Shown: piece after piece, positions 1 to 8,310 of the stretch | How the letters are laid out: every line of letters begins with the position of its first letter | Position numbering within the stretch: position 1 is the stretch's first letter | NCBI GenBank assembly: GCA_964506785.1 | Contig: CAZDME010000008.1 | Coordinates: 1-32,686 of the forward strand | Direction: 5' to 3' | Source of the DNA: an uncultured bacterium | GTDB lineage: Bacteria > CAZDME01 > JAYEMH01 | DNA length: 32,686 nucleotides | Translations under genes and position numbers: made by a program | The notes under the pieces: model-generated | Told to the model about the DNA's origin: nothing | Seen by the model: only the letters and a program-made list of their open reading frames with translations | Database searches by the model: none

Positions 1-71
1 AAATTTACGGTCCTAAGTCGGGTATCGTCAGCCAGACTTTTTAGGATCTGGCGTACCCGTTTAATCCGCAT
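1..71 (-). CDS. ArsR/SmtB-family transcriptional regulator, 5' part only (runs off the window)
   Basis: Manual translation from ATG at 71 gives MRIKRVRQILKSLADDTRLRTVNL, matching the ArsR N-terminal K-x-L-A-D-x-T-R-L-R pattern. Purine-rich RBS GAAAGGAAGGGAG upstream. Not in the ORF track because it is truncated. Confidence 0.75.
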   Translation of the reverse strand, partial: MRIKRVRQILKSLADDTRLRTVN

Positions 72-95
72 CGGCTTGTCTCCCTTCCTTTCAAC

Positions 96-148
96 CATAT
101 GCCCATATGTTCATATCTACTAATATATGAAAAACCTTAGCTTGTCAA
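96..148 (-). promoter_or_regulatory. Putative promoter/operator of the ArsR gene
   Basis: TTGACA on the minus strand at 143-148. Inverted repeat TTCATAT(110-116)/ATATGAA(125-131) plus repeated CATAT(G) units just downstream. The -10 box is ambiguous. Confidence 0.45.
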
Positions 149-277
149 GTTTTTTTAATATGAAAGGGGCCGGTATTTTGAAGGCTTCTAAAATTCCCGC
201 AGTTTAAGAAAACGGGATTTGGTCCTAAAACAAAGAATCGGCCTCACTTATATTTGGCCGAACATTCTAATTTCTAT

Positions 278-414
278 CCCCGATCTGAGCTTTACCCCGT
301 TAGAAACCCTTATCTACCCTCAGGTAGGTCTGCCAAAAGCGTGGTGTTTATTTGCGGCGGATTATTTCTAACGGGGTTTACGAAAGCCCTGCTCTGCCAT
401 TGAGCTGCCTCAGC
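278..414 (-). pseudogene. tRNA-Thr(CGT) pseudogene interrupted by a palindromic element and lacking a normal T-loop and 3' end
   Basis: Minus strand reads GCTGAGG-CA-GCTC-AATGGCA-GAGC-A-GGGCT-TTCGTAA-A[insert]. Removing the insert plus one TAAA restores the anticodon arm GGGCT/TTCGTAA/AGCTC, then AGATCGGGG. No TTCRA T-loop or CCA follows, and position 8 is C instead of T. Confidence 0.75.
295..376. mobile_element. Palindromic MITE-like element, copy 1 (82 bp)
   Basis: Perfect 12-bp terminal inverted repeats CCCCGTTAGAAA (295-306) / TTTCTAACGGGG (365-376), flanked by direct repeat TTTA (291-294, 377-380). Confidence 0.85.
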
Positions 415-423
415 CGATCTTCT

Positions 424-2280
424 TTACTCTACGGTGACACTTTTAGCTAAATTCCTGGGCTGGTCGACATCACAGCCTCTCTTTACGGCAATGTAATAGG
501 CTAAAAGCTGTAAGGGTAAAATGGCTAAAAGAGGTGTCAGCACCTCAATAGTTTCGGGGATATAAATGGTATAATCAACTTTTTTTTGGATGGCTTTATC
601 ACCTGCTGAACCGACGGCAATAACTAAACCGCCCCGGGCTTTTACCTCTTCAATATTTCCCAGAATTTTTTCATACCGCCTCCCCGGGAAAGCTAAAACA
701 AAAACCGGCATATTTTCGTCAATAAGGGCAATCGGGCCGTGTTTCATTTCTGCCGCCGGATAGCCTTCGGCATGAATATAAGAAACCTCTTTTAATTTTA
801 AAGCCCCTTCTAAGGCAATGGGGAAACCTTTGCCTCTGCCCAGATAGAGAGCATTATTCCTTTCATAGAGCCTCTCGCTTATTTGTTTAACCATCTCGGT
901 ATTTCCCAATATTTCCTTCATTTTATGCGGAATCTGGCGTAGATTCAAAATGAAGTCTTGAATCTTATCATGGGAAATGGTTTTCCTTATTCTTCCGAAA
1001 TGAAAGGCAAGAAGATATAAAATCAATAGCTGACAGGTAAAGGCCTTGGTTGAAGCTACCCCAATCTCAGGGCCGGCGTGAGTATAGATAAGGCCGCTTG
1101 AAAACCGGGTAATAGAGCTACCGACTACATTACAGATAGAAACTACTTTGGCCATGAGGCGGCGAGCTTCGTTTATGGCCGCAATGGTATCCGCCGTTTC
1201 TCCGGATTGACTGATGCCGATAACTAAGGTATTTTCGTCAATTATGGGATTCCGGTAGCGGAATTCAGAGGCATATTCTACCTCCACCGGGATACGGCCG
1301 AGTTCTTCTATTATAAACTCTCCCACTAAAGCGGCGTGCCAGGAAGTTCCGCAGCCGGTAATAATTATACGGTTGATATTTTTAATCTCTTTTTCCGTTA
1401 GATTAAGCTCATCTAAAATTACCTCTCCGCTATCCGGGGAAATTCTTCCTCTTAAAGTCTCTTCAATCGCCCGCGGCTGTTCGTTTATTTCCTTGAGCAT
1501 AAAATGAGGATATCCTGCCTTTTCGGCCATTTCCGCATTCCAATTTACCGTCGTCACTTTTTTCTCGGCCCTTTTGCCTTTATGGTCATATATCTCCACT
1601 CCCTGCCGGGTAAGAACAGCGATATCTCCGTCATTCAGATAAATAATCCGGCGAGTAGAAGAAAGGACTGCCGGAATATCAGAAGCAAGAAAATACTCTC
1701 CCTCGCCTAATCCAACTATCAATGGACTTTCCTTACGAGCGGCCACTAAAACATCAGGCTCCTGGCTGTAAAATACCCCCAGGGCATAGGAGCCTTTTAT
1801 TCTACTCAGGGCTTTCTGGACGGCTTGATGTAAATGCATATTGGCTGGCAAAATCATCCGGTGGGATTCTAAGTATTTTTCAATTAGATGGGCAATTATT
1901 TCCGTATCCGTTTCTGACCTGAATTTATGCCCCTCTTTCTCTAATTCCTCTTTCAACGAAAGATAATTTTCGATAATTCCGTTGTGGACGACAACTAATT
2001 GTTCGTGACAATCGGTGTGAGGATGGGCATTTTCTTCAGTGGGCTTTCCGTGAGTAGCCCAACGGCTGTGCCCAATTCCCAGTTTACCTGGGAGAAGGCG
2101 GCCTCCTAAATTGGCCTCTAAATTGGCAATTTTTCCCACACTACGGATAAGCTTCAATTCCCCTTGTGACAAAACGGCAATACCTACCGAGTCATATCCC
2201 CGGTATTCTAATTTTTTTAAACCTTCAATTAATATAGGCAATGCTTCTTTTTCCCCGATATATCCTATTATCCCGCACAT
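424..2280 (-). CDS. glmS: Glutamine--fructose-6-phosphate aminotransferase (isomerizing)
   Basis: N-terminal MCGIIG, EYRGYDS, HSRWATHG, SQSGETAD and C-terminal PRNLAKSVTVE. Confidence 0.99.
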   Translation of the reverse strand: MCGIIGYIGEKEALPILIEGLKKLEYRGYDSVGIAVLSQGELKLIRSVGKIANLEANLGGRLLPGKLGIGHSRWATHGKPTEENAHPHTDCHEQLVVVHNGIIENYLSLKEELEKEGHKFRSETDTEIIAHLIEKYLESHRMILPANMHLHQAVQKALSRIKGSYALGVFYSQEPDVLVAARKESPLIVGLGEGEYFLASDIPAVLSSTRRIIYLNDGDIAVLTRQGVEIYDHKGKRAEKKVTTVNWNAEMAEKAGYPHFMLKEINEQPRAIEETLRGRISPDSGEVILDELNLTEKEIKNINRIIITGCGTSWHAALVGEFIIEELGRIPVEVEYASEFRYRNPIIDENTLVIGISQSGETADTIAAINEARRLMAKVVSICNVVGSSITRFSSGLIYTHAGPEIGVASTKAFTCQLLILYLLAFHFGRIRKTISHDKIQDFILNLRQIPHKMKEILGNTEMVKQISERLYERNNALYLGRGKGFPIALEGALKLKEVSYIHAEGYPAAEMKHGPIALIDENMPVFVLAFPGRRYEKILGNIEEVKARGGLVIAVGSAGDKAIQKKVDYTIYIPETIEVLTPLLAILPLQLLAYYIAVKRGCDVDQPRNLAKSVTVE

Positions 2281-2309
2281 ATCGCTCCCATAACTCTATT
2301 AAAATAAAA

Positions 2310-2385
2310 TGGTGCCGAGAGACGGAATCGAACCGCCGACGCGCAGATTTTCAGTCTACCGCTCTACCGACTGAGCTATCTCGGC
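2310..2385 (-). tRNA. tRNA-Phe(GAA)
   Basis: GCCGAGATAGCTCAGTCGGTAGAGCGGTAGACTGAAAATCTGCGCGTCGGCGGTTCGATTCCGTCTCTCGGCACCA: full cloverleaf with encoded CCA. Confidence 0.97.
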
Positions 2386-2403
2386 ACCTTTTTTAAAACC
2401 TAA

Positions 2404-2432
2404 ATTTTATTCTTACTTTAAAAACTTGTCAA
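2404..2432 (-). promoter_or_regulatory. Sigma70-type promoter for tRNA-Phe (and probably glmS)
   Basis: TTGACA (2432-2427), 17-nt spacer, TAAAAT (2409-2404). Confidence 0.8.
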
Positions 2433-2457
2433 GCAGTTTCTCTAAAAAATCACCCTC

Positions 2458-2970
2458 TCATTTTAAGCGATTCCCTTTAACAGTTTCCCCTCTGAGTGCT
2501 GGCAAAATTGCCTCTACCTCTTCCTTCCATTTCTTTTCTTGATCCAGCTTGAGGTATCTTTCTAAAAAATCAACTGCTTCTTTCTTTCTGCCTTTTTCCT
2601 GATAAATTTTTCCTAATTGATAGCAAACATCGCTATCCTCGGGATTAATCGACAAAATTCGTTTGAATTCTTTAATTGCCTTATTACTTTTCCCCTGGAG
2701 CTGGTAAACCTTTCCCCGTTGAAAGTGCTGGTCGACAGCCAGGACCTCGGCCATTCCTGCAGATTCAAAGATGGTTGGTTTGTTATGTAGGTCAGGCCGG
2801 AGTTCAACCAGCCGATAAATCAAGACGGTGAAGGTTAAAATAAAAGAAGAGATGACTACGGTTAGGATCCAGGAACTATATGTGGAAAGGTTAAAAGATA
2901 TAAAAGCCACCCCGGCCAGGACCAGAGAAGAAAAAACTACGCCTCTTATATTTCTTCGAATTTTTCTCAT
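2458..2970 (-). CDS. Membrane-anchored TPR-repeat protein
   Basis: Two N-terminal hydrophobic helices; C-terminal TPR-like repeats (AIKEFKRILSINPED, YQLGKIYQEKG). Confidence 0.8.
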   Translation of the reverse strand: MRKIRRNIRGVVFSSLVLAGVAFISFNLSTYSSWILTVVISSFILTFTVLIYRLVELRPDLHNKPTIFESAGMAEVLAVDQHFQRGKVYQLQGKSNKAIKEFKRILSINPEDSDVCYQLGKIYQEKGRKKEAVDFLERYLKLDQEKKWKEEVEAILPALRGETVKGNRLK

Positions 2971-3016
2971 CGCTCCCTACCTGAATCCGGTCAGCTACGT
3001 TAATCGTTCTTCTAAT

Positions 3017-3214
3017 CTACTTCTTTTTAATTGTCTCCCAGATAAAAATAATAAACTTGCCCAAAATCCAGACAGCGAAAATAAAAAGAAAGACAATGAC
3101 CATAAAACGCAGGGACCAAACCATGAGCATCAACAAAGGGAAAAGTAAAACACCTACCCCGGCAAGAATAGCCACACCAATAAGAAAGATAAGCCCGATT
3201 AGAAAAGCTCTCAT
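3017..3214 (-). CDS. Small hypothetical membrane protein
   Basis: 65 aa, almost entirely hydrophobic, basic tail, RBS GGAGAGGG; same strand as its neighbours. Confidence 0.7.
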   Translation of the reverse strand: MRAFLIGLIFLIGVAILAGVGVLLFPLLMLMVWSLRFMVIVFLFIFAVWILGKFIIFIWETIKKK

Positions 3215-3262
3215 TCCCTCTCCTTCTTTCTTTCGCAGAATTTAAAACAACATTTACACCGC

Positions 3263-3616
3263 TTACTTACCTAAACTAGGCATACCGGATTGAACGACAA
3301 TCCGCAGGGCTTCCTCTTTGGTAAATCCGGCTTTCACCAGGGCAACATAATAATTTCTGGTAAAGGCGGCTAATTTCATCGCCGTTTCTTTCCTCGCCAG
3401 ATAGGTAAGCATCACATCCATCATCTGTCCCACCATTTTACTCATTGCCGGGCCCATCTGCCGCATCCCCTGCATCGCCATCTGCATCTCTCTCTGCGTT
3501 TGTTCAGGAGTCTCTTCTACTGGCTGCGATTGCTGCTGGCTGTTCGATATCTCCGGGAAAAAGAAAAACAAAGCCATACATAAAAATAAACCGAAGCTAA
3601 GTATTTTTTTAAGCAT
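3263..3616 (-). CDS. Hypothetical exported protein (Met/Gln-rich)
   Basis: Signal-peptide-like N-terminus, strong RBS GGAGGGGG, C-terminal LVKAGFTKEEALRIV segment. Confidence 0.75.
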   Translation of the reverse strand: MLKKILSFGLFLCMALFFFFPEISNSQQQSQPVEETPEQTQREMQMAMQGMRQMGPAMSKMVGQMMDVMLTYLARKETAMKLAAFTRNYYVALVKAGFTKEEALRIVVQSGMPSLGK

Positions 3617-3653
3617 TCATCCCCCTCCCTTCTTCGTTATCTTAAAAATGAAC

Positions 3654-3730
3654 TGGCGGGAGCGACGAGACTCGAACTCGCGGCCTCCAGATTGACAATC
3701 TGGCGTTCTAACCAACTGAACTACGCCCCC
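3654..3730 (-). tRNA. tRNA-Asp(GTC)
   Basis: GGGGGCGTAGTTCAGTTGGTTAGAACGCCAGATTGTCAATCTGGAGGCCGCGAGTTCGAGTCTCGTCGCTCCCGCCA. Confidence 0.97.
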
Positions 3731-3803
3731 TTATTAACAATCGGCAAATTATTAATTGCCAATGGATAATTATTAGCTATAAGCCGTTTACTATTTGCTA
3801 ATC

Positions 3804-3880
3804 TGGTGGGCGAAGCAGGACTTGAACCTGCAACCTCCCGGATGTAAACCGGATGCTCCAGCCAATTGAGCTATTCGCCC
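3804..3880 (-). tRNA. tRNA-Val(TAC)
   Basis: GGGCGAATAGCTCAATTGGCTGGAGCATCCGGTTTACATCCGGGAGGTTGCAGGTTCAAGTCCTGCTTCGCCCACCA. Confidence 0.97.
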
Positions 3881-3891
3881 ATTTCCGCTTA

Positions 3892-3920
3892 AATATATCA
3901 CACTAAAATACTAAAGTCAA
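3892..3920 (-). promoter_or_regulatory. Sigma70-type promoter for tRNA-Val/tRNA-Asp
   Basis: TTGACT (3920-3915), 17-nt spacer, TATATT (3897-3892) preceded by TGn (extended -10). Confidence 0.7.
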
Positions 3921-4744
3921 GATAAGGCTTTCTCCGCTTTAGCTTGTTTTAATTCCTCAACCAGGCGATAAGGCGCTTTAAACTTACCCAATAAAGCCTT
4001 CCCCCGGGCCAAACCGTGGCAGTCTGAACCCCCGGTCATTAAAAGATTATATTTATAGGCTAAGCGTTCATAATGAAGGGTAATTTGAGGATCCTGAAGG
4101 CTATAATAAACCTCTATGCCGTCTAAACCATCCTGGATAAATTCGGGAATCCATTCATCGTGATTTAATATATAGGGATGGGCCAGAACCGCCAGACCTC
4201 CAGCTTCCTTAATTAACTTAACCGCCTCCCGGGGCGACAATCTGAATTTTGCTATATAAGCGGGTTTCCCGGCACCAATAAAGCGCTGAAAAACCTCTTT
4301 AACAGAACCGGCATATCCATAGGAAATCATCATCCGGGCAATATGCAGCCTTCCCACCGAACCAGGTCCGGAAAACTTCAATAAATCGTTAAAGTCTATT
4401 TTCATGCCGAGTTTATCTAATTTCTCTAGAATCATTCGGACACGCTCTAAACGCACCTCTTGCAATAATTTAAGTTCGGTTTGAAATTTGGCCTCTTTCC
4501 AATCGATAAAATAACCCAGAATATGAATTTCCGTTCCCCTCATCTCGCTGGTTAACTCTACCCCGGGAATAATCTCTATTCTATCCCGGGCCAGGCTGGC
4601 TGCTTCGCCTATGGCCTCGACAGCATCATGGTCGGTTATGGCAATTGCCGACAACTGCCCGGCTACAGCCTTGTTTATTACCTCTTCCGGAGTGAACGTT
4701 CCATCTGAGATATAAGTATGAATATGTAAATCGGCGTATTTCAT
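3917..4744 (-). CDS. PHP-domain metal-dependent phosphoesterase (TrpH/YciV-like)
   Basis: [30 protein letters not shown] and GGSDCHG motifs. Confidence 0.93.
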   Translation of the reverse strand: MKYADLHIHTYISDGTFTPEEVINKAVAGQLSAIAITDHDAVEAIGEAASLARDRIEIIPGVELTSEMRGTEIHILGYFIDWKEAKFQTELKLLQEVRLERVRMILEKLDKLGMKIDFNDLLKFSGPGSVGRLHIARMMISYGYAGSVKEVFQRFIGAGKPAYIAKFRLSPREAVKLIKEAGGLAVLAHPYILNHDEWIPEFIQDGLDGIEVYYSLQDPQITLHYERLAYKYNLLMTGGSDCHGLARGKALLGKFKAPYRLVEELKQAKAEKALS

Positions 4745-5190
4745 TTTTTACCTCTAAAGCGGGATTTTCCTGTCTGCCCGGCAGGCAGGCCTGAGGTCTT
4801 GTTTATTCTATCCAGAATCCCGTTAACAAATTTCCCGGAATCTGCCGTGCTGTATTTCTTGGCAATTTCAATGGCTTCATTGATGCTAACTGCCGGCGGA
4901 ATATCTTTTAAGTATAAAAGCTCATAAGCAGCAAAGCGTAAAATATTGCGGTCGATTGCATTTAACCGTTCGATCTTCCAGTGTTCGCTATATTTACAGA
5001 TAAGAGGATCGATATCCTTTTGTTTATCGAGTGTCCCTTTGACTAACTCTTCTGTAAATTTCTTTGTCTCCGCCGGGATAATTTTCCCTCCCCAGAATTT
5101 TTTTGAATTCTTTCTAAACTTCTCCTTCGTCAAATCAATCTGGTAGAGAATTTGTAAAGCCAGTTCTCTGGCCTTTCTTCGACCGGACAT
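4741..5190 (-). CDS. nusB: Transcription antitermination factor NusB
   Basis: [40 protein letters not shown]; follows ribH as is usual. Confidence 0.97.
   Translation of the reverse strand: MSGRRKARELALQILYQIDLTKEKFRKNSKKFWGGKIIPAETKKFTEELVKGTLDKQKDIDPLICKYSEHWKIERLNAIDRNILRFAAYELLYLKDIPPAVSINEAIEIAKKYSTADSGKFVNGILDRINKTSGLPAGQTGKSRFRGKK
4769..4789. repeat. 21-bp palindrome CCTGTCTGCCCGGCAGGCAGG in the 3' end of nusB
   Basis: Near-perfect inverted repeat (one T/C mismatch) encoding LPAGQTG in the NusB C-terminal tail. Confidence 0.6.
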
Positions 5191-5211
5191 AGTCTCTCCA
5201 TTCTAAACCTC

Positions 5212-5328
5212 CCCCGTTAGAGATAGGCGCCCTTAAGCAACCGAAAATTACCCTTTATCGCCAAATAAAAGTTTTTATTCAGTAAGCATTTCGATTAAGC
5301 GCAAAAGCTCTTTTTATCTCTAAGGAAA
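5212..5328. mobile_element. Palindromic element, copy 2, decayed (ribH-nusB spacer)
   Basis: Left end CCCCGTTAGAGATA (5212-5225); right end TATCTCTAA (5315-5323) is its exact complement over 9 bp. The outer CGGGG is eroded (GGAAA) and there is no clear direct repeat. Confidence 0.6.
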
Positions 5329-5333
5329 GTTAG

Positions 5334-5801
5334 TTATTCTATCTGGCTATAAAGATTGACCATCTCAATGGCGGCTACAGCCGCTTTAAAACCCTTATTT
5401 CCTTCTTTCGTTCCGGCTCTTTCAATCGCCTGCTCAATCGTCTCGGCCGTAATCACCCCAAAAATAACCGGCAGGCCGGAATCTTGCGAGGTCCGGGCAA
5501 TGCCTTTGGCAGCTTCACCGGCAATATATTCGGCATGACTGGTATCGCCGCGGATAACTGCGCCCAAACCCAGAAGCGCGTCAAATTTTTTCCCTTCAGC
5601 TATCTTTTTAGCCAGATAAGGGATTTCAAAACAACCGGGCACCCAAAAAACTTCTATTTCTTCTTCCCTGGCGCCATGTCTTTTTAAAGCGTCGACTGCC
5701 CCGTCAATCAGCCTTTGGGTAATAAACTCATTGAACCGGCTGGCGATAATCCCGTAGCGTTTGCCCCGGCTGACCAATTCACCTTCAACAATTTTCACCA
5801 T
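5334..5801 (-). CDS. ribH: 6,7-dimethyl-8-ribityllumazine synthase
   Basis: SRFNEFIT, VPGCFEIP, GAVIRGDT, ERAGTKEGNKG. Start moved to ATG 5801 (MVKIVEG), which follows RBS AGGAGG. Confidence 0.97.
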   Translation of the reverse strand: MVKIVEGELVSRGKRYGIIASRFNEFITQRLIDGAVDALKRHGAREEEIEVFWVPGCFEIPYLAKKIAEGKKFDALLGLGAVIRGDTSHAEYIAGEAAKGIARTSQDSGLPVIFGVITAETIEQAIERAGTKEGNKGFKAAVAAIEMVNLYSQIE

Positions 5802-5822
5802 TTTTCCTCCTTCCTTCTTTTT

Positions 5823-5882
5823 CAGAAAACAGATGTCGGAAAACAAAAGCTAGAAAATCTGTTTTCGGTCCTCTGTTTTCTG
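5823..5882. repeat. Inverted array of degenerate 7-mers (CAGAAAA-type) forming a hairpin
   Basis: Left arm CAGAAAA-CAGATGT-CGGAAAA-CAAA; the right arm reverse-complements to CAGAAAA-CAGAGGA-CCGAAAA-CAGA. Confidence 0.7.
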
Positions 5883-5886
5883 TCTT

Positions 5887-7089
5887 CTAGTCTATATTCA
5901 ACAGGTGTCCTAATTTTTTTTTCTTGGTGGCCAGATAGCCTAAATTGTTCTTGTTTGGCTTTATCTCAATGGGAATACGCTCGGTTATTTTTAGCCCATA
6001 CCCTTTAAGCCCAATAATTTTCCGGGGATTATTTGTCAGTAATTTTATTTTTTTCAGCCCCAAATCAGCTAAAATCTGGGCCCCCAGGCCATAGTCCCTC
6101 AGGTCAGCTTCAAAACCCAAATGGATATTGGCCTCGACCGTATCTAAACCCTGATCCTGGAGCTCATAGGCTTTAAGCTTCGGCAGAAGCCCAATCCCCC
6201 TTCCTTCCTGCTGCATATAAAGTAGAACTCCTGTTCCCACATCAGCAATTTTTTTTAATGACTGCCGCAGCTGTTCCCCGCAATCACAGCGTTTAGAATG
6301 TAACACATCCCCGGTGAAGCATTCCGAATGGACCCGGACTAAAACATCCTCCTGGCTATTTATCTTCCCGGCCACTAAAGCGATATGGAGTGACTCATCG
6401 AGAAGAGACTGATAGGTAATCATTTGAAAATTGCCAAATTCGGTCGGAAGTCCCGTGGAGGATACTTTTTTAACTAACTTTTCCCTTTGTCTTCGATATT
6501 CAATCAAATCGGCAATAGTGCAGATTTTCAACTTGTGCCTAAGCGCAAATTTCTTAAGCTGGGGAAACCTGGCCATGGTGCCGTCATCATTCATAATTTC
6601 ACAAATTACTCCAGCCGGATATAACCCGGAAAGAACGGCTAAATCCACGGCTGCTTCAGTATGTCCAGCTCGCCTGAGCACCCCGCCTTCTTTACTTCTT
6701 AAAGGGAAAACATGGCCGGGAGAATAAAAATCCTCTTTGCGTGATTGTAGATTTAGAACCTTCTTAACCGTCAGGGCCCGGTCATGAGCGGAGATACCCG
6801 TAGTCGTCCCTTTTTTAGCGTCGATAGATGCGGCAAAATCGGTTTCCCGGGGATTAATTTGATGGCCACTCATTGGGTTGAGTCCCAGCTCGTCTAGCCT
6901 TTTGCCGGCTATGGCTAAACAAACCAGCCCCCGCCCATACTTAGCCATAAAATTAATCGCCTCAGGGCTTACTTTTTCAGCGGCTAAACAGAGGTCGCCT
7001 TCATTCTCGCGGTTCTTATCATCAACAACAATAATCATCTTTCCCTTTTTATAATCAGAAATTGCCTCAAGGATAGGCTGTCTATTCAT
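5887..7089 (-). CDS. ribBA: Bifunctional 3,4-dihydroxy-2-butanone 4-phosphate synthase / GTP cyclohydrolase II
   Basis: RENEGDL, GHTEAAVDL, VRVHSECFTGD, RCDCGEQL, QEGRGIGL, LLTNNPRK. Confidence 0.98.
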   Translation of the reverse strand: MNRQPILEAISDYKKGKMIIVVDDKNRENEGDLCLAAEKVSPEAINFMAKYGRGLVCLAIAGKRLDELGLNPMSGHQINPRETDFAASIDAKKGTTTGISAHDRALTVKKVLNLQSRKEDFYSPGHVFPLRSKEGGVLRRAGHTEAAVDLAVLSGLYPAGVICEIMNDDGTMARFPQLKKFALRHKLKICTIADLIEYRRQREKLVKKVSSTGLPTEFGNFQMITYQSLLDESLHIALVAGKINSQEDVLVRVHSECFTGDVLHSKRCDCGEQLRQSLKKIADVGTGVLLYMQQEGRGIGLLPKLKAYELQDQGLDTVEANIHLGFEADLRDYGLGAQILADLGLKKIKLLTNNPRKIIGLKGYGLKITERIPIEIKPNKNNLGYLATKKKKLGHLLNID

Positions 7090-7095
7090 TGGAAA

Positions 7096-7692
7096 TCACC
7101 TCTTCATTCGGTTCAAATGTTTTTGAACATACTTACCCAAATAATCCAGCTCCAGATTAAGCTCATCGCCAACTTTTTTCCTCCCCAGAGTGGTCTCTTT
7201 CAGCGTATAGGGGACAAGGGCCACTTTAAAAAAACCGGCTTTTATTTCGGCAACAGTTAAACTTACCCCTTCTAAAGCAATAGACCCCCGGGGAACAATC
7301 TGTTTTAACAATTCTAAATTTGTTTCGAGCCATAAATGAACTTCCTTGCTTAATTTTTGTTTTTTAATGATTCTGGCTATTCCGTCAATATGCCCCGAAA
7401 CCAGATGCCCTCCTAATCGCCCATCCAGTTTTACCGCTCTTTCTAAATTCACCTTATCTCCGCACTTCACCTTTCCTAAATTAGTTTTCTTTAAAGTCTC
7501 CTTGACTGCCTCAACCGTAAAATTACTTGAATTACACCTTACCAAAGTCAAGCAAACTCCGTTTATGGCAATACTATCCTTCACTCTTAAATCAGCTAAA
7601 ATCTTATCAGCCGTCACTTCAATCACTCTAAGGCCAAATTGAGAAGAAATCCTTTTTACTCCACCTAATTCCTCGATTATTCCCGTAAACAT
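7096..7692 (-). CDS. ribE: Riboflavin synthase (alpha chain)
   Basis: MFTGIIEE N-terminus, SIAINGVCLT, VNLERA, GGHLVSGHIDG. Confidence 0.97.
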   Translation of the reverse strand: MFTGIIEELGGVKRISSQFGLRVIEVTADKILADLRVKDSIAINGVCLTLVRCNSSNFTVEAVKETLKKTNLGKVKCGDKVNLERAVKLDGRLGGHLVSGHIDGIARIIKKQKLSKEVHLWLETNLELLKQIVPRGSIALEGVSLTVAEIKAGFFKVALVPYTLKETTLGRKKVGDELNLELDYLGKYVQKHLNRMKR

Positions 7693-7719
7693 TCTTTCCT
7701 CAAATCAAAAGGGCCAAGG

Positions 7720-8175
7720 CTATTTTTGCAAGGAACCATTTTTTACTATGGAATTAATAAAGTCCTTATTAAGTTCCCGGCATTCGTTTTCTTTAACCCC
7801 TAAACAGACTTCTATTCCCGCCTCTTGAAGAGCCTTAATCCCTCGGCCAGAATTTATTTGATTAGGGTCTATCATCCCAATGACTGTTTTTTGTATGCCG
7901 GCTTTAATAATTTCCGGCACACAGGGCGGTGTTCTGCCGTAATGGACACACGGTTCAAGGTTGACAAAAAGAGTTGCTCCCCGAGAATTTTTCCCGGCCT
8001 TCTTTAAAGCAGCGATTTCCGCATGTTCTCCGCCCAGATAGGCATGGTATCCTCTACCGACAATCCTTCCGTTCTTAACAAGCACTGCACCTACTAAAGG
8101 ATTAGGGCTAACCCGGCCCCTTCCCCGGCGAGCCAGTTCTATCGCTAATTGCATATATTTATCGTTATTGGTCAT
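7720..8175 (-). CDS. ribD: Diaminohydroxyphosphoribosylaminopyrimidine deaminase (RibD deaminase domain only, 151 aa)
   Basis: PNPLVGAVLV, HAE, LEPCVHYGRTPPC zinc motifs. Start moved to ATG 8175. The protein ends where the reductase domain would begin. Confidence 0.9.
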   Translation of the reverse strand: MTNNDKYMQLAIELARRGRGRVSPNPLVGAVLVKNGRIVGRGYHAYLGGEHAEIAALKKAGKNSRGATLFVNLEPCVHYGRTPPCVPEIIKAGIQKTVIGMIDPNQINSGRGIKALQEAGIEVCLGVKENECRELNKDFINSIVKNGSLQK

Positions 8176-8257
8176 AATTCCATTACCAATTGGGCAAAGG
8201 CGGATTTTAAAACCGCCAAAAATTCTTTTTGAGTCTTTTTTTTGCTTCGCCCAAGGC

Positions 8258-8290
8258 AAAAATAAAAATCCCGAAGATTTCTCTTCGGGG
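8258..8290 (-). terminator. Intrinsic terminator of the FMN riboswitch expression platform
   Basis: Minus strand CCCGAAGA-GAAA-TCTTCGGG then ATTTTTATTTTT. Its 5' arm is also complementary to the aptamer 5' end (TCTTCGGGG), giving an antiterminator alternative. Confidence 0.85.
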
Positions 8291-8310
8291 AAAAACTATC
8301 AAAGCTATTA

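Noticed and set aside
295-376. Group I intron in the tRNA anticodon loop
   Set aside because: At 82 bp it is far too short, has no catalytic core, and has the same ends as copies outside tRNAs.
2281-2457. glmS ribozyme upstream of glmS
   Set aside because: The space is occupied by tRNA-Phe and its promoter; no ribozyme core is visible.
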